The position numbers were made by a program, and so were the translations under genes. From an uncultured virus (IMG/VR IMGVR_UViG_2859243816_000004) (Duplodnaviria; Heunggongvirae; Uroviricota; Caudoviricetes): a DNA stretch of 64,000 nucleotides. The stretch is from IMG/VR virus record IMGVR_UViG_2859243816_000004, positions 1-64,000 of that record; one strand, given 5' to 3'. Every line of letters starts with the position of its first letter. The first letter of the stretch is position 1. Below, piece by piece: positions 1 to 9,971 of the stretch. Under the pieces are notes generated by a model. The model searched no databases and was not told the origin of the DNA. It was given only the letters and a program-made list of their open reading frames with translations.

Positions 1-1206
1 ATGTCTCTTCGTTTCAGACAAACCTTTACTCTATTTCCTGGCGTTAGGCTCAACATTGGCAAGCGTGGAATAAGCGCAAGCATCGGCGTGCCTGGCGCAA
101 CTGTCAATGTTGGGAAAAAAGGGGTCAGAGCGACCGTCGGACTACCTGGCACAGGCTTATCTTATACTACACCTACCTTGCCCTATGATGATGGGCGCTC
201 AGTTACCAATCCATTAAATCCGGCCGCTACAGAACCTCATTTGGGAATGCCCGAGGCATACCCAAGTAACACACCATCGAACGCTAAAATATATATGCCA
301 ATGGCTGGCATGAATGAAATATCCAGCGCTTCGGTAGAAGTCCTGACAAGTACCTCCCTTTTACCTTTACGAGAATTGATTGCTAAAGCGCGAGAACAAA
401 GGGCAGAGATAAAAGCAGATCTACAAGAGGCTCTTGCTGAAGAATCAAAACAAAAAAGCGAGCTGGTTCGACGCAAATCAAGTCTATTCCGTTGGTTTTA
501 CAAACGACGCATCGCAGAACTTGAGACAATACTCCCCCTAACCCAAGCAGAGATATCTCGCCTAGTATCTTGGGAAGACAGTACAAGAATAGCCATAACA
601 TTCGAGAGCAGTGATACTTCACAGCGCGCATATGCAGCGATGGTTCGTGCATTTGATATGTTAAAATCGAGCGTCAAAAAATGGGATATTACTGCAGATA
701 AAGCTACAGACCAGTTTGCCGAAAGAACATTAGCAACCCGTACTGTTAATCGTCACCCAGTTACCTTTGATTTCAGTTCAACGGATCTCATTCAATTCAC
801 AGGGCGCGCGATGCGGTTTGAAAATGTGAATGGCGACGATATTTTGCTTTATCCTGGAATTGCAGTCATACCACGAGCTGATGGGGCGTTCGCTCTGATT
901 GATTTACGCGAATTACAAATCAGTTCAGAATATCGAAGATTCCATGAGGAAGAAGGTGTTCCCAGTGACTCAAGCATAGATGGGTATACATGGGCGAAAA
1001 CGAATAAGAATGGCTCGCCAGACCGTCGATTTAAAGACAACTACCAAATCCCTATTTGCATTTATGGAAATATTACTTTCCATTCTCAAACAGGGGTAAC
1101 TGAAGAATATATGGTATCAAATGCAGATGCCGCGCAAGCCTTTGCTGAGGCAGTAAAACGCTATCAAACCTCACTCACAGAAACTGAAGCGTTGGTACAG
1201 GCCTAA
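1..1206 (+). CDS. DUF4236-domain protein (att-adjacent cargo of upstream element)
   Basis: N-terminal MSLRFRQTFTLFPGVRLNIGKRGISASIG...GTGLSY is the typical DUF4236 signature; coiled-coil middle; ends 12 bp before a tRNA-derived att. Confidence 0.8.
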   Translation: MSLRFRQTFTLFPGVRLNIGKRGISASIGVPGATVNVGKKGVRATVGLPGTGLSYTTPTLPYDDGRSVTNPLNPAATEPHLGMPEAYPSNTPSNAKIYMPMAGMNEISSASVEVLTSTSLLPLRELIAKAREQRAEIKADLQEALAEESKQKSELVRRKSSLFRWFYKRRIAELETILPLTQAEISRLVSWEDSTRIAITFESSDTSQRAYAAMVRAFDMLKSSVKKWDITADKATDQFAERTLATRTVNRHPVTFDFSSTDLIQFTGRAMRFENVNGDDILLYPGIAVIPRADGAFALIDLRELQISSEYRRFHEEEGVPSDSSIDGYTWAKTNKNGSPDRRFKDNYQIPICIYGNITFHSQTGVTEEYMVSNADAAQAFAEAVKRYQTSLTETEALVQA

Positions 1207-1218
1207 CTTATCGCAAAT

Positions 1219-1263
1219 ATGGGGTGTCGGGGGTCGGAGGTTCAAATCCTCTCGTGCCGACCA
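1219..1263 (+). mobile_element. att site: 3' half of tRNA-Pro(GGG) (proL-like), not a full tRNA
   Basis: ATGGGGTGTCGGGGGTCGGAGGTTCAAATCCTCTCGTGCCGACCA matches the anticodon loop to CCA of proL; the 5' half (acceptor and D arm) is absent upstream. Confidence 0.9.
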
Positions 1264-1276
1264 AAAATCCTCTAAG

Positions 1277-1304
1277 AACCAGCCTGTTACGGCTGGTTTT
1301 TTTA
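1277..1304 (+). terminator. intrinsic terminator after att
   Basis: AACCAGCC-tgttac-GGCTGGTT followed by a T-run. Confidence 0.75.
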
Positions 1305-1320
1305 TGTCTGTTTTCTGAAC

Positions 1321-1348
1321 GGGGAAGCTTTGGGGAATTACTGGGGAA
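1321..1348 (+). repeat. three GGGGAA direct repeats, probable integrase arm-binding sites
   Basis: GGGGAA at 1321, 1332 and 1343 (11-bp period), about 60 bp from the att core. Confidence 0.55.
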
Positions 1349-1540
1349 AAAGCCCGTCAAATGTTGTCTCTTAATCGCTCTCGAACACAATGATTAAAGC
1401 CCCCTTCACTTTCGGAATTCATCAATTCACAAAGAAATCATTCCGATTTATTTTATAAGCTCCTTTTAAATCTTTAACGGTGCGCACCACTTTTTCTTAC
1501 TGCCCTATACTTTCAGTCTGACATACGGCTGGAGGTTTCT

Positions 1541-1645
1541 ATGTGTGGACGCTTTTCACAATCAATGACACGAGAGGACTATCTTGCCCTGCTAGCTGAA
1601 GAAGGTGAACGCGACATTCCATACAATTTTGAACCAACTAGCTGA
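1541..1645 (+). pseudogene. SOS response-associated peptidase (SRAP/YedK) N-terminal remnant
   Basis: GGAGG RBS, then MCGRFSQSMTREDYLALLAEEGERDIPYNFEPTS*; this is the YedK-type N-terminus truncated after 34 aa. Confidence 0.85.
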
Positions 1646-1750
1646 TTGAATGCGGCAAGATATCAAAATCCTTCTGCAGTTAAATTTATATAGCTCGCGG
1701 TTACGCGTGTTATATAGAATGTGAAAACAATGAAAATAAAGTAATAAATA

Positions 1751-3310
1751 TTAAGGCAAATTGGCATCCTCGACTAATTTTGTCAATTTATCTATAGATA
1801 ACGGCTTTGAGTAATACCATCCCTGTACACCGCACTCAGGGAACATTTCAGTTAAATAATTCACCTGAGTTGATGTTTCCACACCTTCGAATACGACCTT
1901 ATGAGTTATATCTTTAAAAATCTCTACCAATCCTGATAATAAATTATTACTTATAGAGTATTCATCGATAGAGTCTGTAATTGATTTATCAATTTTAATT
2001 TCATCTATTTGTAAACTTGACAGCCAGTTTAAATTTGAATAGCCCGTCCCGAAATCATCAATGGCTATTGAAATACCTTTATCATTAAATAAAGAAATTA
2101 CCTTTTGGAGTGAATTTAGATCCGCACTCTGTCTTTCTGTTAATTCCATCATTATCATTCCGGGCTTTATATTTAATTCATCGATCATCTGAAACACTTT
2201 TCTTTGAAAAGATTCAGACAAAAGGTCTTGAGAACTAACATTAATGCTTATAAAGACATTAAATTTTTCAGAAAGAGACCTAGCTTCTTTTACTACCATT
2301 CGAAATACAAGATTACTTACATCTTGAATTAAATTATGTCTCTCTGCAATAGGGATAAAAATATCAGGAGGAATGCTACCAATATCATGGTCATCCCATC
2401 TAATAAGTGCCTCTACACCAATAACCTTACCGGTTTTTATTTTATAAATAGGTTGATATACAAGATATAATGATTCATTTCTTATGGCATTTTTTAATCT
2501 TGATACTAATGATTGTTTGCGTGCAACCTTTTGATTATAAACAACACCTAAAAGAACACCTGTTACAATAGATGTAAATGCAATCAACAATATCATTAAC
2601 CAATTATCGAAACTCACCCACGGGAATTTCACTCCTCCCATGACACAGATGTCATGTTTTCCATTACAACTTTGTGTAGTAATAAGTCCTAACTGATAGG
2701 ATTTATCATGTTTAGCCTCCTCAAGCAGATCGACCAGATCACCAAACCTAAACAAATGAAGAGAATGATCTCTATTGCCGACAATTGCTGAAAATCCTTT
2801 CTCTTCATGGTCTGTAGCAAATCTGTTAAAAGCAAATGGTGAAATCGTTATAGCTAATTTTTGGTTGCTTAGTAAATCAGCTTTAACATTATTTTCCAAC
2901 AACACGCCAAAAAACCACGTCAAGTTATCCTTTTCAACTTTTCTATCGTATATGTTGAGTAATAATGGTGCTGGCAACTTGCCCCACAACGCAGTACAAG
3001 TAATTGCCCCATTAGAAATAAATGATATATCCTTTATAAGTGCATAAGGCCATAGAGCGATTCTTACAGCATGAAGCTGTAGTTCACTACAGGGACTATA
3101 AGCATCAAACACCTCATAACCATCATTTATTTCATCAATCTGTTGAATGAGACTAACACTTCTATTCAATACTCGTTCTGTATATGAACCGATACGCTCC
3201 TTATATATATAATAAGTAGAAATCTCAGTTAACGACAAAAACAGCAAAAATGAAAATGTGATTGATATCACATAGGGCTTAAGTTTAGTCAATTTGTAGT
3301 TCTTTATCAC
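1751..3310 (-). CDS. CSS-motif EAL-domain c-di-GMP phosphodiesterase
   Basis: two TM helices flank a periplasmic domain with PCS and ITC cysteines; EAL motifs VEALIRW, DDFGTGYS, KIDKS, EGVET and QGWYYSKP are intact; AT-rich. Confidence 0.9.
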   Translation of the reverse strand: MIKNYKLTKLKPYVISITFSFLLFLSLTEISTYYIYKERIGSYTERVLNRSVSLIQQIDEINDGYEVFDAYSPCSELQLHAVRIALWPYALIKDISFISNGAITCTALWGKLPAPLLLNIYDRKVEKDNLTWFFGVLLENNVKADLLSNQKLAITISPFAFNRFATDHEEKGFSAIVGNRDHSLHLFRFGDLVDLLEEAKHDKSYQLGLITTQSCNGKHDICVMGGVKFPWVSFDNWLMILLIAFTSIVTGVLLGVVYNQKVARKQSLVSRLKNAIRNESLYLVYQPIYKIKTGKVIGVEALIRWDDHDIGSIPPDIFIPIAERHNLIQDVSNLVFRMVVKEARSLSEKFNVFISINVSSQDLLSESFQRKVFQMIDELNIKPGMIMMELTERQSADLNSLQKVISLFNDKGISIAIDDFGTGYSNLNWLSSLQIDEIKIDKSITDSIDEYSISNNLLSGLVEIFKDITHKVVFEGVETSTQVNYLTEMFPECGVQGWYYSKPLSIDKLTKLVEDANLP

Positions 3311-3573
3311 ACAAACCTCTTATTATATCTTAACCCTTTGTGACAACATACATTCCACTATCAATTTACAATGTTGAACATACAATTAAAATAGATTATC
3401 GGCAACAATAGTTGTTTCTTTATACTTTCCATTAGAAATGGACATCATACTATAGTACAAAACTATATAAGTGAGATTTATGTCTCCATTTCAATCAAGT
3501 ACATGTCTCCCTACATGTACAAACATCGTGAACATGATAGCATTCAAGGGGGCTGAGTATGATGAGGGAGCGT

Positions 3574-3718
3574 TCTTCCCCGATGCTGGTGTTCGGGTAA
3601 AACCGATCATGACACTGCCGGCGATCAACACTGACGCCAGCAAGTATGGGAAGGAACAGATTAGTTGTACTGTTCAGGAAATGTTTGAAGAGGCTGATTG
3701 TGGCTGGTTTCAGATTAA
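3574..3718 (+). pseudogene. DinI/MsgA-family remnant (5'-truncated, frameshifted near the end)
   Basis: FPDAGVRVKPIMTLPAINTDASKYGKEQISCTVQEMFEEAD, then WLVSD* in a shifted frame. Confidence 0.75.
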
Positions 3719-3978
3719 ACGCCTTGAACCGTCATATTGCTTAAGTACAATCCGCCGTGACTGGCAATCATTCAATACTCGCACTATCGAACGTTCGCCA
3801 GTTCGCCGCCGCCCGTTCTCGCATACGACGACGCGTGGCGTCTTCTCAACACCGCGCAGGTAATTTTTTGTATAGCGTCGACACCCCTACATCATAAATT
3901 ATAGCCAAACGGTTTCTTGACTCACCTGCAGCAATCAACCTTCCAGCCTGAGCCCACTCTTCTGCGGTTAACTTTAGT

Positions 3979-4119
3979 CGTCTTGCGCAAAAAGACGGCG
4001 ATATATCAGCCAGAGAGGAAACACAACTGGCGGCGTTGCGAAGCTATCGTACTGAGTTACGTCGCATCGATTTGTCTTCCGCCCCTGATATTAACTGGCC
4101 TGAATATTCGGGGGAGTAG
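3979..4119 (+). pseudogene. inverted tail-fibre assembly protein C-terminal remnant
   Basis: RLAQKDGDISAREETQLAALRSYRTELRRIDLSSAPDINWPEYSGE* resembles a Tfa C-terminus; no start; convergent with and overlapping the intact tfa. Confidence 0.75.
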
Positions 4120-4672
4120 GCCATTCAGGATTTGAGGTATCTACCCGGTTAAGCAAGACACGGTATTTCTTCCACTCCAGTAAAAGTGTGGTTTCAACCT
4201 TCGTTGCCATGTCCAGATCAACAGCATCCTGTAAGGGGGCTATAGCGGATGTTGCAACCGCCAGAAGATTTATTTTTTCCTGGTCCGCCAGCATCAGAAG
4301 ATGTTCATTTTCCGCATCGGTATCGTGGACCCACTGTGCTCCATTCCACTTAACAAAATGACCTTCCGGTGCGACTGAAACAACATCGTCAGGTAACTTA
4401 CCTAACTGGTCAATCGTGGTAGCTTTCCCGGTTTGAATGTCGTAGACAATTTTCCCTCGATGGTCCTCAACCAATGACCATTTTTCTGACTCATAATTAA
4501 ATACAGCGACAAAACCAGCCTTCGCTGACGGCGGGGCAATATTGGTACTGTAAGCAGGTAATCCCGTATTAGCCGGGATAAACCCATCACATTTCCCAAT
4601 ATATTCATTTGTATCTGCACGAAGGTTGTAGAGAGTAATAGTCCGGTTTTCTCCGGTCATTTCAAAAGTCAT
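4091..4672 (-). CDS. tail fibre assembly protein (Tfa)
   Basis: ITLYNLRADTNEYIG...EDHRG...EWKKYRVLLNRVD...WP, lambda Tfa-like. Confidence 0.9.
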   Translation of the reverse strand: MTFEMTGENRTITLYNLRADTNEYIGKCDGFIPANTGLPAYSTNIAPPSAKAGFVAVFNYESEKWSLVEDHRGKIVYDIQTGKATTIDQLGKLPDDVVSVAPEGHFVKWNGAQWVHDTDAENEHLLMLADQEKINLLAVATSAIAPLQDAVDLDMATKVETTLLLEWKKYRVLLNRVDTSNPEWPTPPNIQAS

Positions 4673-6348
4673 CAGGCAAGCCTCACAATATAGTTAAACG
4701 CAATATTTTTAACGGTGTTTTCTGCATTTCCGGTTGCATGAACGGTCGCAGCATGTCCGTGATACCCCATAACCACATAATGGTCATGCGCACCGATACC
4801 CACCCAGTGATCATGAGGGCCAATCCACGTCACATGAGCATGATTACCACTTCCCTCAATACGATCTCCAGCTGACCATGAAATATTCGACGAGTGCATC
4901 CCCAGCCCCTGGCCGGGAGTATCCCGGTATGCAGACGTTGAGCAATATCGAAAGTTATGTGCGTGCCAACCCCCTTCTGTGGATGACTTATTTCCGTAAT
5001 CAAAACTGGTTGTTGGTTTCGAACCATAATCAAAAGAGCTGGTGTATTTCGTTCCCAGGTCTGTATCGGAAATGCTGGCTGTGTGGGCGTGCGATTTAAT
5101 ACCATCCTGTTCATACGAGAGTACCGTACGCCCGTTCGGTTTCCCCTTAATCGTCTGGCCTCGCATGTCAGGGATAACCCCCGCTGGATACGCAATCGCA
5201 AGCAATGGATAGGCCGCTTTATCAAAAGGTTGCCCCTGCATTAAGGCGTACCCTGTCGGGGTTACATCAGATGGCCAGGGGATAGGTGCGCCGACAGGAT
5301 AAGAATCTTCCGGCATCCACGGCGTCCACGCCAGCGTTGAATACTTGCTACGCGTATAACTGCGGGATGAGTTGTACACGCGGTAAATCTGTGTGACTCC
5401 GGCACTTCTCAATACCATCAGAGAACCTGCATTATTCTCCGGGTAATTCAGTGCCGCACTGGTATTAGCGTTCGCTCCCTGAAAATAAAGCCCCGGCACC
5501 TGGTAATCATCCAGATTCTGATTTTCACCAATCCCCACAACCTGGCCGTCAAAAATATCCTGCGCCGTGACATTGATGTCCGCAGCCAGTTCATGACCAT
5601 TAACTCTGCGTGTTGAAGGTACTGCGCCAGCAGCCAGTTTTATTGTTTCTACTAAACCAAGGTTTTGTAGAAATAATGCGACATTCGGTATATCCGCGCC
5701 GTTCCGGTCTTTAGCCAGTCGCGCATTCGCATTATCCATTACGATCTTAACTGCCGCAGGGGTGGCGGCCTGCGTTTCACTGGTGCTGTTCACCGTACTA
5801 TTAAGTTGTACAAGCCCCTTTCGTTGTGTCGTGCCATCGAGGACACCAATGGATTCACGCGACGTTTTTTGTGCTTCCGCGCCCCGCGTTTTTATCTCTT
5901 TCAGGTTCTGGTCAATGCGCAGAAATAACCCGTCGCCGGTTGCAACATTCAGCGTGATATTTGAGGTATCTGATACCGCCAGGCGAAACTGCATATTAAC
6001 GCTGACACCACCAACCGGCTTATCGATCGATGGGCAGTTTGCCACCGCGTAAAGCTCTCCGGTGTCAGTCATTAAACCGACTTCGCGAACGGTGAATCCA
6101 CCAACCCCGGTCGGCAGAACGATTTTTGCCATTAACTGCGTGGACTGTTCCGGGGACACCACCAGCTCAGCGATATCTCCCCGGTACGTTTCATTGATCA
6201 ACCGGATTTGTGCCGGATCGGGTTTGACCTGCTTGCCATTACTGTCACCCACCACAAAGTGAGTCAGTACAATCAGGCGACCACTGGCCAGCGCCTCCGC
6301 CTCCAGTTCTTTACCCCGGTTAGTGATAATTGAGTAGTAATCAGCCAT
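4672..6348 (-). CDS. tail fibre protein (P2 gpH-like N-terminus, tail-collar domain, His-rich tip)
   Basis: start re-called at MADYYS; KGLVQL..ATPAAVK repeat, [10 protein letters not shown] collar motif, HxH repeats, [11 protein letters not shown] end. Confidence 0.9.
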   Translation of the reverse strand: MADYYSIITNRGKELEAEALASGRLIVLTHFVVGDSNGKQVKPDPAQIRLINETYRGDIAELVVSPEQSTQLMAKIVLPTGVGGFTVREVGLMTDTGELYAVANCPSIDKPVGGVSVNMQFRLAVSDTSNITLNVATGDGLFLRIDQNLKEIKTRGAEAQKTSRESIGVLDGTTQRKGLVQLNSTVNSTSETQAATPAAVKIVMDNANARLAKDRNGADIPNVALFLQNLGLVETIKLAAGAVPSTRRVNGHELAADINVTAQDIFDGQVVGIGENQNLDDYQVPGLYFQGANANTSAALNYPENNAGSLMVLRSAGVTQIYRVYNSSRSYTRSKYSTLAWTPWMPEDSYPVGAPIPWPSDVTPTGYALMQGQPFDKAAYPLLAIAYPAGVIPDMRGQTIKGKPNGRTVLSYEQDGIKSHAHTASISDTDLGTKYTSSFDYGSKPTTSFDYGNKSSTEGGWHAHNFRYCSTSAYRDTPGQGLGMHSSNISWSAGDRIEGSGNHAHVTWIGPHDHWVGIGAHDHYVVMGYHGHAATVHATGNAENTVKNIAFNYIVRLA

Positions 6349-6904
6349 GAGATTCCCCGGCAAAAATGTCCACATCGATATGCGCTGTTGTCGCACCCGA
6401 AATATAAAAAGCCCCGTCCATACCCACATTCGCCATCACATCGATTTTGCTCAGATAGCTGCGCAGGTTCTTGGCCCGCTCGGTAAGCTGGCGGATCTGA
6501 TGATAGAGAGCGTCGCTGACCCCCTCACTGCTCTGTACTTCGATCCGGAAGGTGTAAGGTTCAGCGCGCGGCGTGTCTTCCCACCACTCAACCACGGTCG
6601 TGGGCAGGTTTACGGAGCCGAGGGAACGACGTACCGCCCCGGCCGTTCCCCTGTGCTGATGCACATAAGCGGCATCTTTTATCACCTGTCGCTTCTGCGC
6701 CTCTGTCCAGCCGTCATCCCAGAAATCAACGGCATGCTCCCAAGCCAGCCAGGGGAGAAGATGCGCCGGACAGGTGTCAGGATTTTTGGACTTGCGCACC
6801 ATATTGGTATCGAGGGTGGCGATCTGCTCAGCGCTGGCCTGCTCCTGCGCCCGCTCTTCATGAAATGCGCCAGGAGGTAGCAGAGATCGAAACTTAGCCG
6901 TCAT
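6341..6904 (-). CDS. baseplate/tail protein I (P2 gpI-like)
   Basis: [19 protein letters not shown]...HRGTAGAV motif. Confidence 0.9.
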   Translation of the reverse strand: MTAKFRSLLPPGAFHEERAQEQASAEQIATLDTNMVRKSKNPDTCPAHLLPWLAWEHAVDFWDDGWTEAQKRQVIKDAAYVHQHRGTAGAVRRSLGSVNLPTTVVEWWEDTPRAEPYTFRIEVQSSEGVSDALYHQIRQLTERAKNLRSYLSKIDVMANVGMDGAFYISGATTAHIDVDIFAGESHG

Positions 6905-7814
6905 TGCTGCTTACCTCCGTGCGGGTGACATTAATGGCGGTACACCAGGGCGCTTTACCCGGTTCCGCTTCCAGATCTGCTACCGGAGAAATCAGCCTTA
7001 CCCGGACCACACCGGATTGCTGCAGCGCAGCATAAATGGCGGACAGCGGGACGACGGTTTTAATCCGATGGGAAAGCGTGGTGTATGACCGTAATACATC
7101 GATGGCATTATTCAGCACCGTACTGGCGTCCGGTCCTTCCGGGATCTCAAGCTCTGCCGTAACGGCATAGTTTTCAATCGTGGCACTTTTAACCGTCACG
7201 TAGTCCGTTAACGGGCGGATTTCATCCGCATTCAGTGTGCTGTTAACCTTATCAAGCAGGGGCTGCCCCGCCGCCCCATCCCCGGTACGTGACAGGACAT
7301 AGACATCAACGTATCCGGGCCGGTTATGGGTTTCCGGCCCATAGGCATCGGCATCCAGCACATCCGTATCGGCAGACTTCGCATGAAAGCGGTATGAATT
7401 ACGCGCGCCTGCTGTATTCAGCTGCGCCCATGAAAGCTGGATACGTTCACGAAATGCCGCATCGTCTTCCAGTTCAGGCTCCACTGGCGGAATGGCAAGC
7501 GGATCGCCGGGCTTAATCACCTGCCGTTTAACGTTGAATGCGGCGCCTATCTGGTCAAGGTCAGCCTCTTTTGCACTCGCGAGAAATACCGCCCGCACGG
7601 CATCATTAACCCGCTGGAACGCCAGCGTCAGCTGGTAGGCATTCACCTCCCCCTGTTTAAACGTCGGATCGGATTCCACCAGCGCATCAAACTGCTTATC
7701 AAGTTCCCGCAGGCGCGCCAGCCACCGGGTGAAGATTTCAGTCGCATCCGGCACCACAATGGCATCCGGTACGTCCAGTTCGGACAGGTTGATCACGTCA
7801 TAGCCGCTTGCCAT
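6894..7814 (-). CDS. baseplate J-like protein
   Basis: DLDQIGA, AGARNSYRFHA and IRPLTDYV motifs; position. Confidence 0.9.
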   Translation of the reverse strand: MASGYDVINLSELDVPDAIVVPDATEIFTRWLARLRELDKQFDALVESDPTFKQGEVNAYQLTLAFQRVNDAVRAVFLASAKEADLDQIGAAFNVKRQVIKPGDPLAIPPVEPELEDDAAFRERIQLSWAQLNTAGARNSYRFHAKSADTDVLDADAYGPETHNRPGYVDVYVLSRTGDGAAGQPLLDKVNSTLNADEIRPLTDYVTVKSATIENYAVTAELEIPEGPDASTVLNNAIDVLRSYTTLSHRIKTVVPLSAIYAALQQSGVVRVRLISPVADLEAEPGKAPWCTAINVTRTEVSSNDG

Positions 7815-8151
7815 AAATCGTTATGTCTCCCGTTCTGACAGGTAAATTGGTTTCCTTGTTGATCCCCTCAATATCCAGCACACAGCCGGACTCCTCTTCA
7901 GGAAAGGAAACAAGCACACGTGTTACCTTCAGCCGCGTCTCCCACCGGGCCAGTGCGGTCGCAGACGCAGCAATTATTTGTAGCCGGGTCAAATCATCCC
8001 GGGGGTTATCCACCAGCGAAAACAGATCACTGCCATAGTCCCGGACAAGAACCCGGCTCCCGATGGGCGTGGTCAGTATGTCGCTGACCGACTGGCGCAA
8101 ATGGGCGACGCCGGACAGGCGTTTTCCGGTCCGGTTGTTTACACCGTTCAT
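7798..8151 (-). CDS. baseplate wedge gpW/gp25 family
   Basis: HLRQSVSDILTTPIGSRVLVRDYGS. Confidence 0.9.
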   Translation of the reverse strand: MNGVNNRTGKRLSGVAHLRQSVSDILTTPIGSRVLVRDYGSDLFSLVDNPRDDLTRLQIIAASATALARWETRLKVTRVLVSFPEEESGCVLDIEGINKETNLPVRTGDITIYGKRL

Positions 8152-8190
8152 GATTAAATTCCGTTGCTGAGTCGCCGGATGGCGGGAGGG

Positions 8191-9309
8191 TTAACCGAAG
8201 TAGGACGGGCCTGTTTTGTCCTGCTTTTCTGATTTTTTCGAAGCCGCTGCGGGTTTACGAATATCCACGACAAGGTTGTAGGTGTAGCTGAATCCTGCTG
8301 ACGTCAGAGAAAAGACCAGAGACTCAACCACCCAGGCCCGATCCTCACGGGAGCCAAAACCGGAAGTCGACACACTTGCTTCTGCTGTCAGCGGAACATG
8401 TTTAGGGCGACATGGCCCCGTAAGCGTCATTTTCTGCTCGTTACGCTTCGCCTGTGTTTTCCTAGAGTTTGCCTGTTGCTCGGCGGTGTTTCTCTCCGAC
8501 TGGGTATAGGGATTGGTCATCGCCGGGCCGTCATGTTCAACGGAGGAGGTCTTTGTCGTACCGTCCTCCTCGTCGTAATAACGCACGCCGATTTTCTCTT
8601 TAGCTTTTCCTCCACTCCCTGTAGCTTTACCTGTCGAACTCCCACGCTCACCTTCACTGTAGGACCAGTTTGATACTTCATCCGGTGTGATGGTGATCCC
8701 GCCAGTCTGTTTCCCTGAAGCCGTTGCCGTGGCCCCCTGCTGTAAAAAAAGCCAGTAGCCTCCTGATGGTTTGCTCACTGCGTTGTAGTCACGCGCAAGC
8801 CTTGCGAGCAGGTTGGCATCGGATTCCGCCACCTGATCGATATGGCTGATATGAATATCTTTGAGCGCGTCGGCCACGCGGGGAATAAGCCCGTTATCGG
8901 TGGCCACCGTTTTGACAATATCGGCAAGACGAAGGTTATCCCAGCTCCGGGTTTTCTGGCTTGTCACATCTCCGGGTTGTTTCTGGGCGTTCATCGGCGC
9001 AGCGGTTGCATAAAGTTCGATACGCCTTGGTGGGCCGCTGCTCGAGACACCACTGACAACAAACCAGCCTTTATCGATCAGTTGATCATTGAATCCCAGA
9101 GCAACCCGAAGCCGGGCACCTTTAGTGGGAAGCGACAGCGTTTCAGAGATGAGACTGATTTTCAGTTCATCGGCTTTCGCTGTTGCCCCACCATAATCCG
9201 TCAGGGTCAGTTCACTCAGGCATTGTTGCAGCACCCGGGTTATATCTTTCCCTTCGGCCTGAATGCTGAAGGCCGGCGCATATTCCGGCATCGCTGTCTG
9301 TTCAGCCAT
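8191..9309 (-). CDS. late control D / baseplate hub protein
   Basis: similar to P2 gpD (ADELKI, SGPP, DQVAESDANLLARLA). Confidence 0.85.
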   Translation of the reverse strand: MAEQTAMPEYAPAFSIQAEGKDITRVLQQCLSELTLTDYGGATAKADELKISLISETLSLPTKGARLRVALGFNDQLIDKGWFVVSGVSSSGPPRRIELYATAAPMNAQKQPGDVTSQKTRSWDNLRLADIVKTVATDNGLIPRVADALKDIHISHIDQVAESDANLLARLARDYNAVSKPSGGYWLFLQQGATATASGKQTGGITITPDEVSNWSYSEGERGSSTGKATGSGGKAKEKIGVRYYDEEDGTTKTSSVEHDGPAMTNPYTQSERNTAEQQANSRKTQAKRNEQKMTLTGPCRPKHVPLTAEASVSTSGFGSREDRAWVVESLVFSLTSAGFSYTYNLVVDIRKPAAASKKSEKQDKTGPSYFG

Positions 9310-9310
9310 A

Positions 9311-9526
9311 TCAATCCCATAAACTGAATGGCGATTCCGCCACGGGCGTCACCAGATCCGGCAGTGTGATGTACAGGCCGGAAGGATACATAGCCCCCTG
9401 ATCCGCCAGCCCCTGATTGGCTTCAAGAACCCGAGTCACCGAGTCTGAAAGATTTTCAGTACCGTAATGCACGGCACAAATTGCATCCAGTACATCTCCG
9501 TCACGGGTTTGATAGATCGTCGGCAT
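9311..9526 (-). CDS. tail protein X (LysM-like)
   Basis: GDVLDAICAVHYG...VLEANQGL...LWD. Confidence 0.85.
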   Translation of the reverse strand: MPTIYQTRDGDVLDAICAVHYGTENLSDSVTRVLEANQGLADQGAMYPSGLYITLPDLVTPVAESPFSLWD

Positions 9527-9971
9527 AGTGTTTTAGTGTCATCGTCCAGTTTTTGTTTCGGTGACCGCCACCCGGTAAAAACTTACTCGTCGTGTCTGAA
9601 AAGTCGGTCACCACCCACCAACCCAGCACATCGCCTTCTCCGCTGACTAGCTGCTGGGGTTTCGCCTGATCGGCAAGATCAAATAAATCATTCACCCCTT
9701 CCACCCCTTTACGGAAAAAGGCGTGAGACTGCCCTTCAAGCCTGACAGTACGCCCGGGCTTTCCGGTGTACTGAAGAAGGTCCTGTTTGCCGATGCGTTC
9801 CTGTTCACTCCAGCGCCAGCTGGCCTCACGGGTGAGCTGATGATAAGCCGCTGTATCAATCGAGAAGGCGAAATTCCCCAGCATCATCATCACGCGGGCT
9901 TCCTGCCCACCCCGTAATGCGCCTGCACTGCGCTGGCCGGAATCTTCAAATATCGGGATAATTTCACTCAC
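9501..9971 (-). CDS. tail protein gpU-like
   Basis: MMMLGNFAFSIDTAAYHQL motif; follows the tape measure gene. Confidence 0.85.
   Translation of the reverse strand: MSEIIPIFEDSGQRSAGALRGGQEARVMMMLGNFAFSIDTAAYHQLTREASWRWSEQERIGKQDLLQYTGKPGRTVRLEGQSHAFFRKGVEGVNDLFDLADQAKPQQLVSGEGDVLGWWVVTDFSDTTSKFLPGGGHRNKNWTMTLKHYADDLSNP

Noticed and set aside
1219..1263. intact tRNA-Pro gene
   Set aside because: only the anticodon loop to CCA is present; the 5' half is replaced by the DUF4236 gene end
1208..1390. ORF antisense to the tRNA fragment (also 42930-43316 over the ssrA fragment)
   Set aside because: typical spurious translations of tRNA-like sequence
3471..3863. 130-aa ORF as a real gene
   Set aside because: a chance fusion of AT-rich spacer, the DinI remnant and non-coding sequence
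4672..5300. diversity-generating retroelement or shufflon at the tail fibre
   Set aside because: no reverse transcriptase, template repeat or invertase in the window; the SFDYG repeat is an ordinary fibre repeat
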